The notes below the pieces were generated by a model that saw nothing but the letters and a program-made list of their open reading frames with translations, did not search any database and was not told the origin of the DNA. Source: Alphaproteobacteria bacterium (GTDB taxonomy: Bacteria; Pseudomonadota; Alphaproteobacteria; Rs-D84; JAERRO01). From it: a stretch of 64,000 bases of DNA. Both the position numbers and the translations under genes were made by a program. This document shows positions 29,935 through 40,521 of the stretch, piece by piece (within the stretch, counting starts at the first letter, position 1; every line of letters begins with the position of its first letter). The stretch spans positions 2,428 to 66,427 of the forward strand of contig JAERRO010000001.1 of assembly GCA_016735395.1 (NCBI GenBank), in the 5' to 3' direction.

Positions 29935-30807
29935 TTATCTAGACATTCGTCCTAGACATCTATTATATATATTCTTATAATTATCTGCTGTAATATTTTC
30001 TTCGTTTAACTTTTTTATAATCCTGTAAATTATTTCGTCGAGGTACTCGTAGTCGACCGTTAGAGAACTCAATTTGTAGACGGTCGCCTTAAAGAAATCT
30101 AGCTCTTTATTAGTAGGGAAAACCGTATTTATATTAATATCTCGCAATTTTTGATTTTCTTTTATATAATCTATTACTCCAGATATCTCCTTCTCAATTA
30201 TATCTTTACTTATATAATTTTTTAACTGTTTTTCGTCACACTTATAAGAAAGATGACTGTACATAACAGAATGACTGGTAATTGCACTCAGTATTTTGAA
30301 GTATATACTTTTATGGTTAAAACTTGTATCATATAATGTATTTTGTTCTATATACATATGACATAATGCTCTTTCTAGTAATTTTATTATACCTTTAAAG
30401 CTAGATAATTTACTAATATCAATACTTATAGTTTTTCTAGAATATGATACACAGGCACCGTTTTCTAACGATTTTGTCAAATTTATCTGTTTCAAATTGT
30501 TATATAGATCTTTAAGTGTAGGATTCATAGACTTCGAAGAAAACATCTTTTCTAATTCCATTTTAATAATACTCTTATAATAAGACATCGTATTGTATAA
30601 TTCTGCGGTTAACTCTATGTCGGGGTTCCTTTCTATATAAGACACTTCTATGTCTCTCATACCTTTGACAGATAGTAGTCCTATATTATAATTTTTGTCA
30701 GTGTTCTTTTTAGAGACAGAGACTTCATTTTTTAGCAGTATATTTAACAGAGAAACTGATCCTAGACCGAGTTTAACCATCATATTCATTATATTAGTGT
30801 AAAACAT
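29935..30807 (-). CDS. Hypothetical exported protein, paralog A of a tandem pair
   Basis: 290 aa with hydrophobic N-terminus. Conserved blocks shared with 30824..31777: SKSMNPTLKDLYNNL / SSSLNPIFKDLYDNL, LCHMYIEQN / LYHMYIEKN, TVFPTNKELDFFKATVYKLSSLTVD / TVFPTQTELDFFKRTVYELGSLTVD. Confidence 0.55.
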   Translation of the reverse strand: MFYTNIMNMMVKLGLGSVSLLNILLKNEVSVSKKNTDKNYNIGLLSVKGMRDIEVSYIERNPDIELTAELYNTMSYYKSIIKMELEKMFSSKSMNPTLKDLYNNLKQINLTKSLENGACVSYSRKTISIDISKLSSFKGIIKLLERALCHMYIEQNTLYDTSFNHKSIYFKILSAITSHSVMYSHLSYKCDEKQLKNYISKDIIEKEISGVIDYIKENQKLRDININTVFPTNKELDFFKATVYKLSSLTVDYEYLDEIIYRIIKKLNEENITADNYKNIYNRCLGRMSR

Positions 30808-30823
30808 ATTTATCTCCTATATT

Positions 30824-31777
30824 CTATCTAGCTATTTGATCGCGATCGACGGTATTTTGAACTTTAACAAAAGCTCTCTCCCTACTACTTTTACCTAAAG
30901 TTATGTTATTCTCTTGTAGTTTCTCTATCACTAATACCATAACTCTATTGAGATGCTTCTCGTCGACTGTTAAAGAACCCAATTCATAAACGGTTCTTTT
31001 GAAAAAATCTAGTTCTGTTTGAGTTGGGAATACAGTGTCTATGGGTCTGCCAGACAATTTAGATATCTTTTTAGACTCCTCTATGATTCTCTCCATATTG
31101 ATATTCATTATATCGTTCGCTATCAACTTTTTAAAAGTCTCTTCACTGATATACTCAGAATAATGTTCGTACATAATAGAATAACTAGCAAATTCGTTCA
31201 ATGCATTCAAAAATATATTATTAGACTCAAATTTATGACGGTTCGGTATATTCTTCTCTATATACATATGATATAACTTCTGTTCTAAAGATCTCCTTAT
31301 ATATTTACCGTCGTGGCTCATATGTTCTGTATTTATAGTTATCACATTATCGGAGTATGTCATAAACTTCTTGTTATTTTTGTTCGATGTCACTTTTATC
31401 TCGTGCAGATTATCATATAGATCTTTAAATATAGGGTTCAAAGAAGAAGACGATAACATCTTGTCTATTTCTCTCATAACTATTTCTAGAGAGTCTAAAG
31501 TTTTTATGTACTTTTCTAAATGGTTAGTGAAAATCGGACCCGTAGGAGTATAAGAAACCGTTAACGGAGAATGTCCGTCAATAGACAATTTACCTGAAAA
31601 ATAGTTGAAGCTGTATCCCTTTTCGTAACTACTTTTGCTTTTTTCTTTCCCGTAGAATACCTTCTCTAATAGGGTGTCGCTACTTAATAATATCACACAA
31701 GCAGTACTACATAATAAGAAAAGACTTATCCCCATTTTATCCATTATATTTAATTTGACCATAATTATTCTCCACAT
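30824..31777 (-). CDS. Hypothetical exported protein, paralog B of a tandem pair. The likely start is the internal Met at 31762 (MVKLNIMDKM...).
   Basis: 317 aa; signal-peptide-like GISLFLLCSTACVILLS; paralogous to 29935..30807. RBS GGAGA 7 nt upstream of the 31762 ATG. Confidence 0.55.
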   Translation of the reverse strand: MWRIIMVKLNIMDKMGISLFLLCSTACVILLSSDTLLEKVFYGKEKSKSSYEKGYSFNYFSGKLSIDGHSPLTVSYTPTGPIFTNHLEKYIKTLDSLEIVMREIDKMLSSSSLNPIFKDLYDNLHEIKVTSNKNNKKFMTYSDNVITINTEHMSHDGKYIRRSLEQKLYHMYIEKNIPNRHKFESNNIFLNALNEFASYSIMYEHYSEYISEETFKKLIANDIMNINMERIIEESKKISKLSGRPIDTVFPTQTELDFFKRTVYELGSLTVDEKHLNRVMVLVIEKLQENNITLGKSSRERAFVKVQNTVDRDQIAR

Positions 31778-31787
31778 TTATAGATAT

Positions 31788-31815
31788 AATATAGTAGTTT
31801 ATTTTTATTTGTCAA
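31788..31815 (-). promoter_or_regulatory. Predicted sigma70-type promoter for the paralog pair (TTGACA-16-TATATT), lying within repeat copy 2
   Basis: Minus-strand sequence cTTGACAaataaaaataaactacTATATTatatctataaatgtGGAGAataattATG reads directly into the paralog B start. Confidence 0.45.
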
Positions 31816-31835
31816 GTTTTGGGGTAGGAGGAAAA

Positions 31836-33290
31836 TTAGATAGTAATTTTTTGTACCTTTTGTCCACTAGAAGTGTCTGTTATCTTATAACCTAATAGAG
31901 ATAATCTGTTTCTTATAACATCAGCTTCTTTATAATCGCCGTTTTCCTTTGCTACTTTTCTGGAATCTATTAACTTCAATACATCTATCGGAATAGAAGA
32001 CAAATTTAGATCGTTATCGTCTATAATTTTAAAGAGATCTAACTGAAATATTTCTTCTATCCGCGATACAATTATAGATGCAGTTTTCTTGCTATATCTG
32101 TCTAGATTTTTAGATAGCTCTATTAAAAATGAAAGTCCCTTCGCAGTGTTGAGATCCGACAATATAGGTTCTAAAAATCTTTCTTTATATATATCCTCAT
32201 GATCGAGATCCAATTTCAGTTTAGATGGGTAAAATTCTAATTCTGTAGATATTTTGTGTCGCAACTTCTTGTATAATTTGTCAGCGACTTTTAATAGTTC
32301 TATAGAAAATTTCATTTGCTTTCTATAATGAGACTGTAGGGTCAATAGTCTAAACGATAACGGGTGTATCCCCAACTCATCTAAATCGCTAGGACGAATT
32401 ATGTCCCCGCTAGACTTGCTCATCTTTTTTTCTCCCATCATCATATGGGCATTGTGTACCCACATTTTTACTCCCCAATCGCCACCATAACAACCTATGT
32501 TCTGTGCCCGTTCATTCGTGTGATGAACCGCTATATGGTCTTCGCCACCCGTATGAATGCTTATGCCTTCTTTGCAATATTTATGCCCCATCGCAGAACA
32601 TTCTATATGCCAACCTGGAACCCCGTTACCCCACGGAGATGACCAACTCATACTACGATTACTAGTAATCCCTTCGTTAAATCTCCATAGACAAAAGTCG
32701 CTGGCAGTTTTCTTGTCCAACACAGAAACCCGTTTTCCGTCCATCTGTTCCTCTAGTTTTACACCGGATAAAGCCGTATAATCTTCTATCTTACTAGTGT
32801 CGAAATATACACCGCTGGATATAACATAAGTATAACCTTTTTTCTCCAATGTTTTTATCATAGATAACTGCTCCGCAATATTGTCCGTCGCTTTACACAT
32901 AATGTCAGGGCTAGCTATGTTTAATATATCTATGTCTTCTTTAAAGGCCTCAGTATACATCTCTGATACTTCTAATACAGTTCTATTTTCTCTGTTAGCT
33001 CCTACCTCTAATTTGTCTTCTCCGTCATCTCCATCGTCTGTCAAATGACCTACATCCGTTATATTCATTACATAATTTACCTTGTAATCTATTACCCTTA
33101 AAACTCTGACCAGAATGTCATTGAATAGATAGGCTCGCATATTTCCTAGATGTGCATAATGATATACCGTCGGACCACAACTGTAATAGTTGATTATGTC
33201 GCTTCCTCCCCCAAACGAAACTGTGCCTACAGATCGCTTTCTTCTAGTCAATGTATCATATAATAATAAATCTAAATTTGTATTTCTCAT
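31836..33290 (-). CDS. cysS: Cysteinyl-tRNA synthetase
   Basis: Class I HIGH motif (CGPTVYHYAHLGN), KMSKS motif (KMSKSSGD), zinc/Cys-binding residues, 484 aa. Confidence 0.9.
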   Translation of the reverse strand: MRNTNLDLLLYDTLTRRKRSVGTVSFGGGSDIINYYSCGPTVYHYAHLGNMRAYLFNDILVRVLRVIDYKVNYVMNITDVGHLTDDGDDGEDKLEVGANRENRTVLEVSEMYTEAFKEDIDILNIASPDIMCKATDNIAEQLSMIKTLEKKGYTYVISSGVYFDTSKIEDYTALSGVKLEEQMDGKRVSVLDKKTASDFCLWRFNEGITSNRSMSWSSPWGNGVPGWHIECSAMGHKYCKEGISIHTGGEDHIAVHHTNERAQNIGCYGGDWGVKMWVHNAHMMMGEKKMSKSSGDIIRPSDLDELGIHPLSFRLLTLQSHYRKQMKFSIELLKVADKLYKKLRHKISTELEFYPSKLKLDLDHEDIYKERFLEPILSDLNTAKGLSFLIELSKNLDRYSKKTASIIVSRIEEIFQLDLFKIIDDNDLNLSSIPIDVLKLIDSRKVAKENGDYKEADVIRNRLSLLGYKITDTSSGQKVQKITI

Positions 33291-33343
33291 AGTTATATAG
33301 AATACATAGTCCTATAGAATTTGTCAATAAATTATCTAATCGG

Positions 33344-33946
33344 TTGACAAATTATATTTTATTGTATATAAATGTTATTATAAAACTAAAAGGAACTTTT
33401 ATGAATAAAGAATATATAAAAAATATAAATGACTGTGTGTCTATTCTAGTTAAATATAAAATATTATATAGGATGATAAACTATATGGAAGACAAAAATA
33501 TAGAACTAGATCTCGGTAATAATAGTTTCGATAAAGATAATAGAAATAATCTACGGAACTATAGTTATCAATTAACCTATAACAAGTTAGATCGCCTCAT
33601 CATACAGATAAACAAACATAGGTGTAGTATATATAATTATCTGTTCGCAGATATATCTTCAGCAACAAAAAAATGTATTAAGAATATAGCTGGTTCTAAA
33701 AGTATGGAGAAGAAGGATAGTTTTAAAAATTACACCGTAGAGGACTCTATTAGAAATTGCCTAGTAGATGGCTCTATATTGAAACTGATAAAAGACGAGA
33801 AAACTTTAAATTCTTTCATTGAAAAAATTGATATAGAACTGTCCGATATGATCGACAACACAGGGGCTGTTTTTTCAAAATACCTAGAAGAGGCTAGTTA
33901 TAATAACGATAACAATTTACAAGGGCTACTCCAAAAGTCCAGATAG
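33344..33946 (+). CDS. Hypothetical protein (probable start at 33404, MNKEYIKN...)
   Basis: ORF only; N/K-rich, no recognisable motif. Divergent from cysS. Confidence 0.35.
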   Translation: MTNYILLYINVIIKLKGTFMNKEYIKNINDCVSILVKYKILYRMINYMEDKNIELDLGNNSFDKDNRNNLRNYSYQLTYNKLDRLIIQINKHRCSIYNYLFADISSATKKCIKNIAGSKSMEKKDSFKNYTVEDSIRNCLVDGSILKLIKDEKTLNSFIEKIDIELSDMIDNTGAVFSKYLEEASYNNDNNLQGLLQKSR

Positions 33947-34076
33947 ACAAGGCTTATATTATCTTTTGAAATAATAGACAGAGTCCTATTGACTATTGTA
34001 TCTACTTTCATATATAATTATTGTAGAATAATCATTTCTACACAATTTATAATGTAGTATACAATAGGAGATATAG

Positions 34077-34358
34077 ATGTTTAAACCGTTATTTAATAAT
34101 ATTTTAGTTCAAAGAAACGATAAAGAAGAGACTACGACAGGCGGTATAATAATGCCAGACGATAATAAAGAGATCTCTACACTAGGGACAGTAGTCGCAG
34201 TCGGCGATGGTTCTATCAATGAAAAAGGGCAAACGATTCCTACTGTTTTAAAAGTAGATGACAAAATTATTTTTACCCAATATGCCGGGACAGAGATAGA
34301 AATAGAAGATAAAAAATACATCGTCCTCAAAGATTCCGATGTACTCGGTATACTTTAA
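34077..34358 (+). CDS. groES: Co-chaperonin GroES
   Basis: 93 aa. FKPL.N.ILVQR...ETTTGGII.PD...E.....GTVVAVGDG. Immediately upstream of groEL. Confidence 0.9.
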   Translation: MFKPLFNNILVQRNDKEETTTGGIIMPDDNKEISTLGTVVAVGDGSINEKGQTIPTVLKVDDKIIFTQYAGTEIEIEDKKYIVLKDSDVLGIL

Positions 34359-34381
34359 TATAGATAAAAGGGAAAAATCTT

Positions 34382-36022
34382 ATGACAGTCAAAAATATAA
34401 CCTACTCTAGCGATGCTAGACAAAAACTTGCAGAAGGTTGTTCTGCTATCGTCGATGTAGTTAAGACTACTTTAGGTCCTAAAGGTAGATCCGTTGCTCT
34501 AGAAAGATCTTATGGCGGAGCTCATGTCACTAAAGACGGAGTAAGTGTAGCTAAAGAGATAGAACTAAAAGATCCCGTTCAAAATGTAGCTGTACAAATG
34601 ATTAAAGAAGTTGCTAATAAAACTGCAGATGTAGCTGGTGATGGAACTACGACGGCTACTGTTCTTGCAGGAAGTATGATTAGAACAGGTTTCAAATTCG
34701 TAGAAAGTGGTATGAATCCTATGGATCTAAAAAGGGGTATGGAACTTGCGACTAATGCTGTGTTAGAACATCTACAAAATGTATCTCAACCTATTACAGG
34801 GGAAGAAGAGATTAAGCAGATCGCTACTATTTCTGCTAATAATGATATCAACATAGGAACTAAAATAGCAGAGGCAATCCAGACTATAGGTAAAGATGGA
34901 GTAATTTCTGTAGAAGAGGCTAGGTCTTTAGAGACTACCGTAGAAACTGTCTCCGGTATGAAATTTGATAGAGGATATCTGTCTCCTTATTTTGTAACCA
35001 ACTCTGAAAAGATGAAGGTAGAATTTGATAATCCTTTGATACTTATTACCGATAATAAAATTTCACAGATAAAAACTTTATTACCTGTTCTAGAAGGAAT
35101 TATGAAGCAAGGACGATCCCTTTTAATTATCGCTGAAGATATAGATACCGATGCTCTCTCTACTTTAGTAGTCAATAGAATTCGCGGTGGACTGAAAATT
35201 TGTGCCGTCAAAGCCCCTGCTTTTGGAGATAATAGACGAGATATTCTTCAAGATATCGCTATTCTCACAGGCGGAACCGTCATTTCTAATGAGGTAGGGC
35301 TAACACTAGATAAAGTCGAAGACGGTCATCTAGGTAATGCAAAAAAAATTATCGTAGATAAAGATAATACACTAATAGTAGATGCTAACGGAGACGATAG
35401 TGCTGTCAAACACAGAGCCGACGAGATCAAAAATCATATGCTTAACACTTCTTCCGCCTATGACAAAGAAAAACTCAACGAAAGAGTAGCTTCTCTTATC
35501 GGTGGAGCGGCCGTCATTAAAGTCGGAGGTTTCACAGAAGTCGAGATTAAAGAGATTAAAGATAGAGTAGACGATGCCGTTGCAGCTACTAGGTCTGCTA
35601 TCGAGGAAGGAATAGTCTCCGGAGGAGGAACCGCCTTGGTTAGATCTATTAAAGTGGTGAGTAAACTTTCTTCTGATAATCCCGATATTTTAGCAGGTAT
35701 CAAAATTATCGAGACTGCACTCAAGGAACCCTTAATTCAGATTGTAGCTAATTCTGGGGCAAATGGAGAATTTGTAGTACAAAAACTTCTTTCCGACAAC
35801 ATCGAAGATTCTCAAGGATATAATGCACAATCGGCAGAATATACAGATATGATTAAAGCTGGAATTATAGATCCTACTAAAGTAGTTAGAACGGCCCTTC
35901 AAAATGCTAATAGTGTAGCGGGAATAATGATAACTATGGAAGCAGTCGTCGTCGACGATCCAGACGAAAAAGGAGAAACCTCCGCTATGACACCTCCTAT
36001 GGGCGGTGGTATGGGCTTTTAA
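34382..36022 (+). CDS. groEL: Chaperonin GroEL
   Basis: 546 aa. TLGPKGRSV, AGDGTTTATVLA and GGGTALVR motifs; C-terminal GGM-type tail (PPMGGGMGF). Fairly divergent from free-living homologs. Confidence 0.95.
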   Translation: MTVKNITYSSDARQKLAEGCSAIVDVVKTTLGPKGRSVALERSYGGAHVTKDGVSVAKEIELKDPVQNVAVQMIKEVANKTADVAGDGTTTATVLAGSMIRTGFKFVESGMNPMDLKRGMELATNAVLEHLQNVSQPITGEEEIKQIATISANNDINIGTKIAEAIQTIGKDGVISVEEARSLETTVETVSGMKFDRGYLSPYFVTNSEKMKVEFDNPLILITDNKISQIKTLLPVLEGIMKQGRSLLIIAEDIDTDALSTLVVNRIRGGLKICAVKAPAFGDNRRDILQDIAILTGGTVISNEVGLTLDKVEDGHLGNAKKIIVDKDNTLIVDANGDDSAVKHRADEIKNHMLNTSSAYDKEKLNERVASLIGGAAVIKVGGFTEVEIKEIKDRVDDAVAATRSAIEEGIVSGGGTALVRSIKVVSKLSSDNPDILAGIKIIETALKEPLIQIVANSGANGEFVVQKLLSDNIEDSQGYNAQSAEYTDMIKAGIIDPTKVVRTALQNANSVAGIMITMEAVVVDDPDEKGETSAMTPPMGGGMGF

Positions 36023-36079
36023 TTTAAAAGAAAGTAAATAACTATTTGAAAAGTAAACAACTATCGGTTATATATTTAT

Positions 36080-37429
36080 ATGATAAAATTAGATTGGAAA
36101 AACTGCGATTTTTTAAAGCCATATTTAAACGGGATTATAGAACTATTCGAGACTTTTGACAGTGTAGATAAAGAGTTGTTTTTCGTAGGTGGTTTCGTAA
36201 GAGATCTATATAAAAGCTCCTTAATAACTAGTAGTTCTAAAGGGAAATTTAATAAGATCGTAGATCTAGATTTTTCTACGGAAATAAATCACGATGCAGT
36301 GGGAAAAATTTTAAAAACAAAATTCGAAATAAAAACTGTAGGAAAAGGTGAACAGCACGGAACTTGGGGAGTGTTAATTCCAGACGATAGATCTGATAGT
36401 AATTTGTGGGTCGAGATAACTTCATTTAGAAAGGACACTATCACTAACGGCCGTCACTCAAATACAGAACATACTAATTCTATTCATGAAGATGCCAGTC
36501 GGAGAGATTTTACTATGAATGCTCTATATATGAGACAAAATGGAGAAGTCATAGATCCTCTGAAAACGGGAATAGACGATTTGAGTAAAGGTGTAATTAA
36601 GTTTATCGGTTCGCCTCTAGAACGGCTTGAAGAGGACGGCTTGAGACTGCTACGGTTCTTCAGATTCGTCGCAACACACGACTGTAAAATAGGGCAAGAG
36701 GCATATAATTCTCTAGAAAATTTACCGCAAAATTTGTTAGACGATCTAGATACACAAATACACAGCGATAAAGTTAAAAAAGTTATTTCTAACGAGAGAA
36801 TAACTATAGAATGTAATAAACTTTTTAATGCTAATAATATAATCTCTATCGTTCACTCGCTTCGACTCATGAATAAATTTTTAATACTAGAAACACTTTT
36901 TAGTGCTAACTTTAACGATACATTTTTTGATCGATTTCAATCGGCTATGGTGAATGTTAAAAATATATTTGATATTAACGAAGACAATTTCTCTTCTTTT
37001 ATACTTTGCATATACTTTCTACATCCAGATAATTTGACACTACAAACTCTAAAAGTAAATCCTCTGATAAGCAAAAGGATACTAGAACTTTTAAAGCAAT
37101 CTGCGATAATCTTACGAATAGGAGAACAACTAAAAGATAAGAAAAGTCTCGCGATAGACGATATATCGGTGTTAAGACATATGTTGAAGGACGACTTCGA
37201 ATACTTGATAATCGTTTATCTATCTATAAATGATGTGCCTCTGACTGATATTAAAAAAACTTTAAAACTGAAATATAAGGTTTTCCCTATATCTGCAAGA
37301 GACATAATAGACACAGGACGAACAGGGGGAGATATCTCAATAGCAATAAAACGACTGGAAAAGTTGTGGCTAGAAGATACCGATTTATCAAGACAGTCTC
37401 TATTAAAAATATTAAAAGAAGATGCATAA
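36080..37429 (+). CDS. cca: tRNA nucleotidyltransferase (CCA-adding enzyme)/poly(A) polymerase family
   Basis: Head domain FFVGGFVRDLY...DLDFST (GG.VRD...D.D) and RRDFTMNALY motif. Confidence 0.7.
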   Translation: MIKLDWKNCDFLKPYLNGIIELFETFDSVDKELFFVGGFVRDLYKSSLITSSSKGKFNKIVDLDFSTEINHDAVGKILKTKFEIKTVGKGEQHGTWGVLIPDDRSDSNLWVEITSFRKDTITNGRHSNTEHTNSIHEDASRRDFTMNALYMRQNGEVIDPLKTGIDDLSKGVIKFIGSPLERLEEDGLRLLRFFRFVATHDCKIGQEAYNSLENLPQNLLDDLDTQIHSDKVKKVISNERITIECNKLFNANNIISIVHSLRLMNKFLILETLFSANFNDTFFDRFQSAMVNVKNIFDINEDNFSSFILCIYFLHPDNLTLQTLKVNPLISKRILELLKQSAIILRIGEQLKDKKSLAIDDISVLRHMLKDDFEYLIIVYLSINDVPLTDIKKTLKLKYKVFPISARDIIDTGRTGGDISIAIKRLEKLWLEDTDLSRQSLLKILKEDA

Positions 37430-37493
37430 ATTTCTAATAGTATGTATCTCATATAGGCTATTGTAATGCTGAAAATCTGTGATAAGATAAATT

Positions 37494-38411
37494 ATGAAAA
37501 CTAAAGCCGGAATCATAACTTTACTAGGTCCTACTAATGCAGGTAAGTCAACTCTTATAAATAAACTCATAGGAGAAAAGATCTCTATCGTGTCTCATAA
37601 AGTGCAGACTTCTAGATTTCTGATTAGGGCTATACTTAATAAGAAGACAAAAGAGTTTAACTCTCAAATGGTTTTTGTCGATACACCAGGGATATTCTCT
37701 CCGTCAAGTAAATTAGATCAATCGATGGTATCTACAGCTTGGGGAGCAATACAAGAATCTAACATAGTCTTACTAGTAGTCGATGTAAATAAAGGTATCA
37801 CGGATACTATAAAATTGCTGACGAGAAATTTAAACTCGCAAAAAATTGAAGTTCCAATATTCTTGGCTTTAAATAAAGTAGATCGTGTGAAAAAAGATAA
37901 ACTTATTTCTATAGTTCAAGAATTTATGGATCTTTATAAGTTCGACGAAGTCTTTATGATATCTGCTCTTAAAGGGACAAATATAGAGAAGACAGTCAAC
38001 ACCATCGTAGATAATCTACCGGAACAAGATTTTATTTCTACTCAAGAAGATGCCTTTAAAACCCCTCTAAAATTTTACTGTGCCGAAATTACTAGAGAGA
38101 AAGTTTACAAATTCTTCCATCAAGAATTGCCATACTCTACTTCCGTAGTTACAGATCTAATTGAAGATAGCGAAGACAAAAAGAGGTTGATCATTCATCA
38201 GACTATTTTTGTAGAAAAAAATTCTCAAAAAAGAATTATCGTCGGAAAAGCTGGCTCCGGTATCAAAAAAATCGGTATAGACTCAAGACTAGAATTACAA
38301 TCTATTCTTAACAAAAAAATTCAACTGCTATTATTCGTAAAAGTAGATCCAAAATGGGTAGACAAAAATCAGAGTTTAGTCTCTTGGGATAAAAGTTCTT
38401 TCGAGTTTTAG
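37494..38411 (+). CDS. era: GTPase Era
   Basis: G1 GPTNAGKST, G3 DTPG, G4 NKVD, C-terminal KH domain; 305 aa. Confidence 0.9.
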   Translation: MKTKAGIITLLGPTNAGKSTLINKLIGEKISIVSHKVQTSRFLIRAILNKKTKEFNSQMVFVDTPGIFSPSSKLDQSMVSTAWGAIQESNIVLLVVDVNKGITDTIKLLTRNLNSQKIEVPIFLALNKVDRVKKDKLISIVQEFMDLYKFDEVFMISALKGTNIEKTVNTIVDNLPEQDFISTQEDAFKTPLKFYCAEITREKVYKFFHQELPYSTSVVTDLIEDSEDKKRLIIHQTIFVEKNSQKRIIVGKAGSGIKKIGIDSRLELQSILNKKIQLLLFVKVDPKWVDKNQSLVSWDKSSFEF

Positions 38412-38544
38412 CCGAGAATATTTCTGATCTCATAAAATAAATTTAACTTTTTGCTTTACTTTTTACTAAACTTACTTACATCATAACTATCGAAACTGTA
38501 AAATTAATTTTTTACACTTATTATAAATGCTAAAGGAGTTTTAT

Positions 38545-40455
38545 ATGGCAATTATTGGAATAGATCTAGGGACTACAAATTCTTGTATTTCTTTTATGGA
38601 CGGCAAAGAGCCTAAAATTATAGAGAATGCTGAAGGTCAAAGAACAACACCTTCTGTTGTCGCTATCACAGAGAAGGGCGAAAGATTAGTAGGATCTTCG
38701 GCTAAAAATCAAGCTGTAACTAACCCTGAAAAAACTATATCTGAAGTCAAAAGACTAATAGGTAGAAATTTTAATGATGCACAAACTAAAAAAGCAATCG
38801 AGACAGTTTCTTATCATATTAAAAAAGCCAAAAATGGTGATGCCTGGGTAGATATCAACGGTGAATTAAAGTCGCCGGCAGAAATATCTTCTATGATACT
38901 TGTTAAACTTAAAAAAGATGCTGAAGCATTTCTAGGTGAACCTGTTAAAGAAGCCGTAATTACTGTTCCTGCATATTTTAATGATGCTCAAAGACAGGCA
39001 ACTAAAGATGCTGGAAAAATTGCTGGATTAGATGTTTTACGAATAATAAACGAGCCTACAGCGGCAGCTCTTGCTCACGGACTAGATAAAAAGAAAGACG
39101 GGACTATAGTAGTTTATGATCTAGGTGGTGGAACTTTTGATGTTTCTATTCTAGAAATTAGCGACGGAGTTTTCGAGGTAAAATCTACTAACGGAGATAC
39201 ATTTTTAGGTGGAGCCGATTTTGATCAGGTCCTATTAAATCATATCGCAGACGAATTTAAAAAGACTAACTCTTTAGATCTTCGAACAGATAAATTAGCT
39301 CTACAGAGACTTAAAGAAGCGGCAGAGAAAGCAAAGATAGAACTCTCTTCTACAGAGACGACTGAAATAAATTTACCGTTTATTACGGCCGATGCTTCTG
39401 GTCCTAAACATTTGACTATGAATTTGACGAGAGCAAAGTTAGAATCTTTAGTAGATCCACTAATTCAAAGAACTCTTACACCTTGTAAAAAGGCTTTAGA
39501 CGATGCTGGTATTAAATTGAGCGAGATCAATGAAGTACTACTAGTAGGCGGAATGAGTAGAATGCCAAAAGTTCAACAGGTCGTTAAAGATTTCTTTAAA
39601 AAAGAACCGTTCAAAGGACTTAATCCAGACGAAGTTGTAGCTTCGGGAGCTGCTATTCAGGCAGGAGTTCTTAAAGGAGATGTCACAGATGTTTTACTTC
39701 TAGATGTCACTTCTTTATCGCTCGGTATAGAAACTATGGGCGGAGTTTTAACTAATTTGATAGAGAGAAATACCACTATCCCTACAAAAAAATCTCAAGT
39801 ATTTTCTACGGCAGAAAATAATCAATCTGCAGTGACTATTAGAGTTTTTCAAGGTGAAAGACCTATGGCTATAGACAATAAACTTTTAGGTCAATTCAAC
39901 CTCGAAGGTATATTGCCTGCTCCTAGAGGTATCCCTCAAATCGAAGTCACATTCGACATAGATGCCAACGGCATAGTTCATGTCTCTGCGACGGACAAGG
40001 GGACAGGGAAAGAACAGAGTATAAGTATCCAATCTGATGGCGGACTCTCCGACGAAGAAATCAAACAGATGGTTAAAGATGCCGAAGTAAATGCAGATGC
40101 AGATAACGAGAAAAAAGAGAAGATAGCCGTTCTAAATCAAGCCGACTCTACTATTCATCAATCTGAAGAACTTATAAAAGAGCATACAGATAAACTTTCT
40201 GACGAAGATAAATCTAGTATAGAAGGTGCCGTCGAAGAACTAAAAAAAGTTAAAGACGATGATAAATCTTCGGTCGACGACATTAAGTCTAAAGTAGATG
40301 CTTTAACGGAACTTAATATGAAAGTAGGACAAGCTATTTATGCTGAAAAGCAAAAAGAACAAGCAGATAAACCTGCAGATACTACGAGTGCAGACGAAGT
40401 TAAAGATGCAGAAGTCACAGAAGACGACTCTGCTAAAGAAGAAGAGAAGAAATAA
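38545..40455 (+). CDS. dnaK: Molecular chaperone DnaK (Hsp70)
   Basis: [19 protein letters not shown] and VIENAEG.RTTPS motifs. RBS AAAGGAG sits 7 nt upstream of the 38545 ATG. The six-frame ORF starts 18 nt earlier at a less likely ATG. Confidence 0.95.
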   Translation: MAIIGIDLGTTNSCISFMDGKEPKIIENAEGQRTTPSVVAITEKGERLVGSSAKNQAVTNPEKTISEVKRLIGRNFNDAQTKKAIETVSYHIKKAKNGDAWVDINGELKSPAEISSMILVKLKKDAEAFLGEPVKEAVITVPAYFNDAQRQATKDAGKIAGLDVLRIINEPTAAALAHGLDKKKDGTIVVYDLGGGTFDVSILEISDGVFEVKSTNGDTFLGGADFDQVLLNHIADEFKKTNSLDLRTDKLALQRLKEAAEKAKIELSSTETTEINLPFITADASGPKHLTMNLTRAKLESLVDPLIQRTLTPCKKALDDAGIKLSEINEVLLVGGMSRMPKVQQVVKDFFKKEPFKGLNPDEVVASGAAIQAGVLKGDVTDVLLLDVTSLSLGIETMGGVLTNLIERNTTIPTKKSQVFSTAENNQSAVTIRVFQGERPMAIDNKLLGQFNLEGILPAPRGIPQIEVTFDIDANGIVHVSATDKGTGKEQSISIQSDGGLSDEEIKQMVKDAEVNADADNEKKEKIAVLNQADSTIHQSEELIKEHTDKLSDEDKSSIEGAVEELKKVKDDDKSSVDDIKSKVDALTELNMKVGQAIYAEKQKEQADKPADTTSADEVKDAEVTEDDSAKEEEKK

Positions 40456-40473
40456 TCTAACCTTTTTCCTTCA

Positions 40474-40505
40474 TAAAAAAACTCCACCAAGGTGGAGTTT
40501 TTTTC
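40474..40505. terminator. Rho-independent terminator, probably bidirectional (dnaK on +, 40522..42105 on -)
   Basis: aaaaaaACTCCACCaaGGTGGAGTttttttt: an 8-bp GC-rich stem with a 2-nt loop, flanked by an A-run upstream and a T-run downstream. Confidence 0.75.
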
Positions 40506-40521
40506 GTTCAGACTATTTTGT

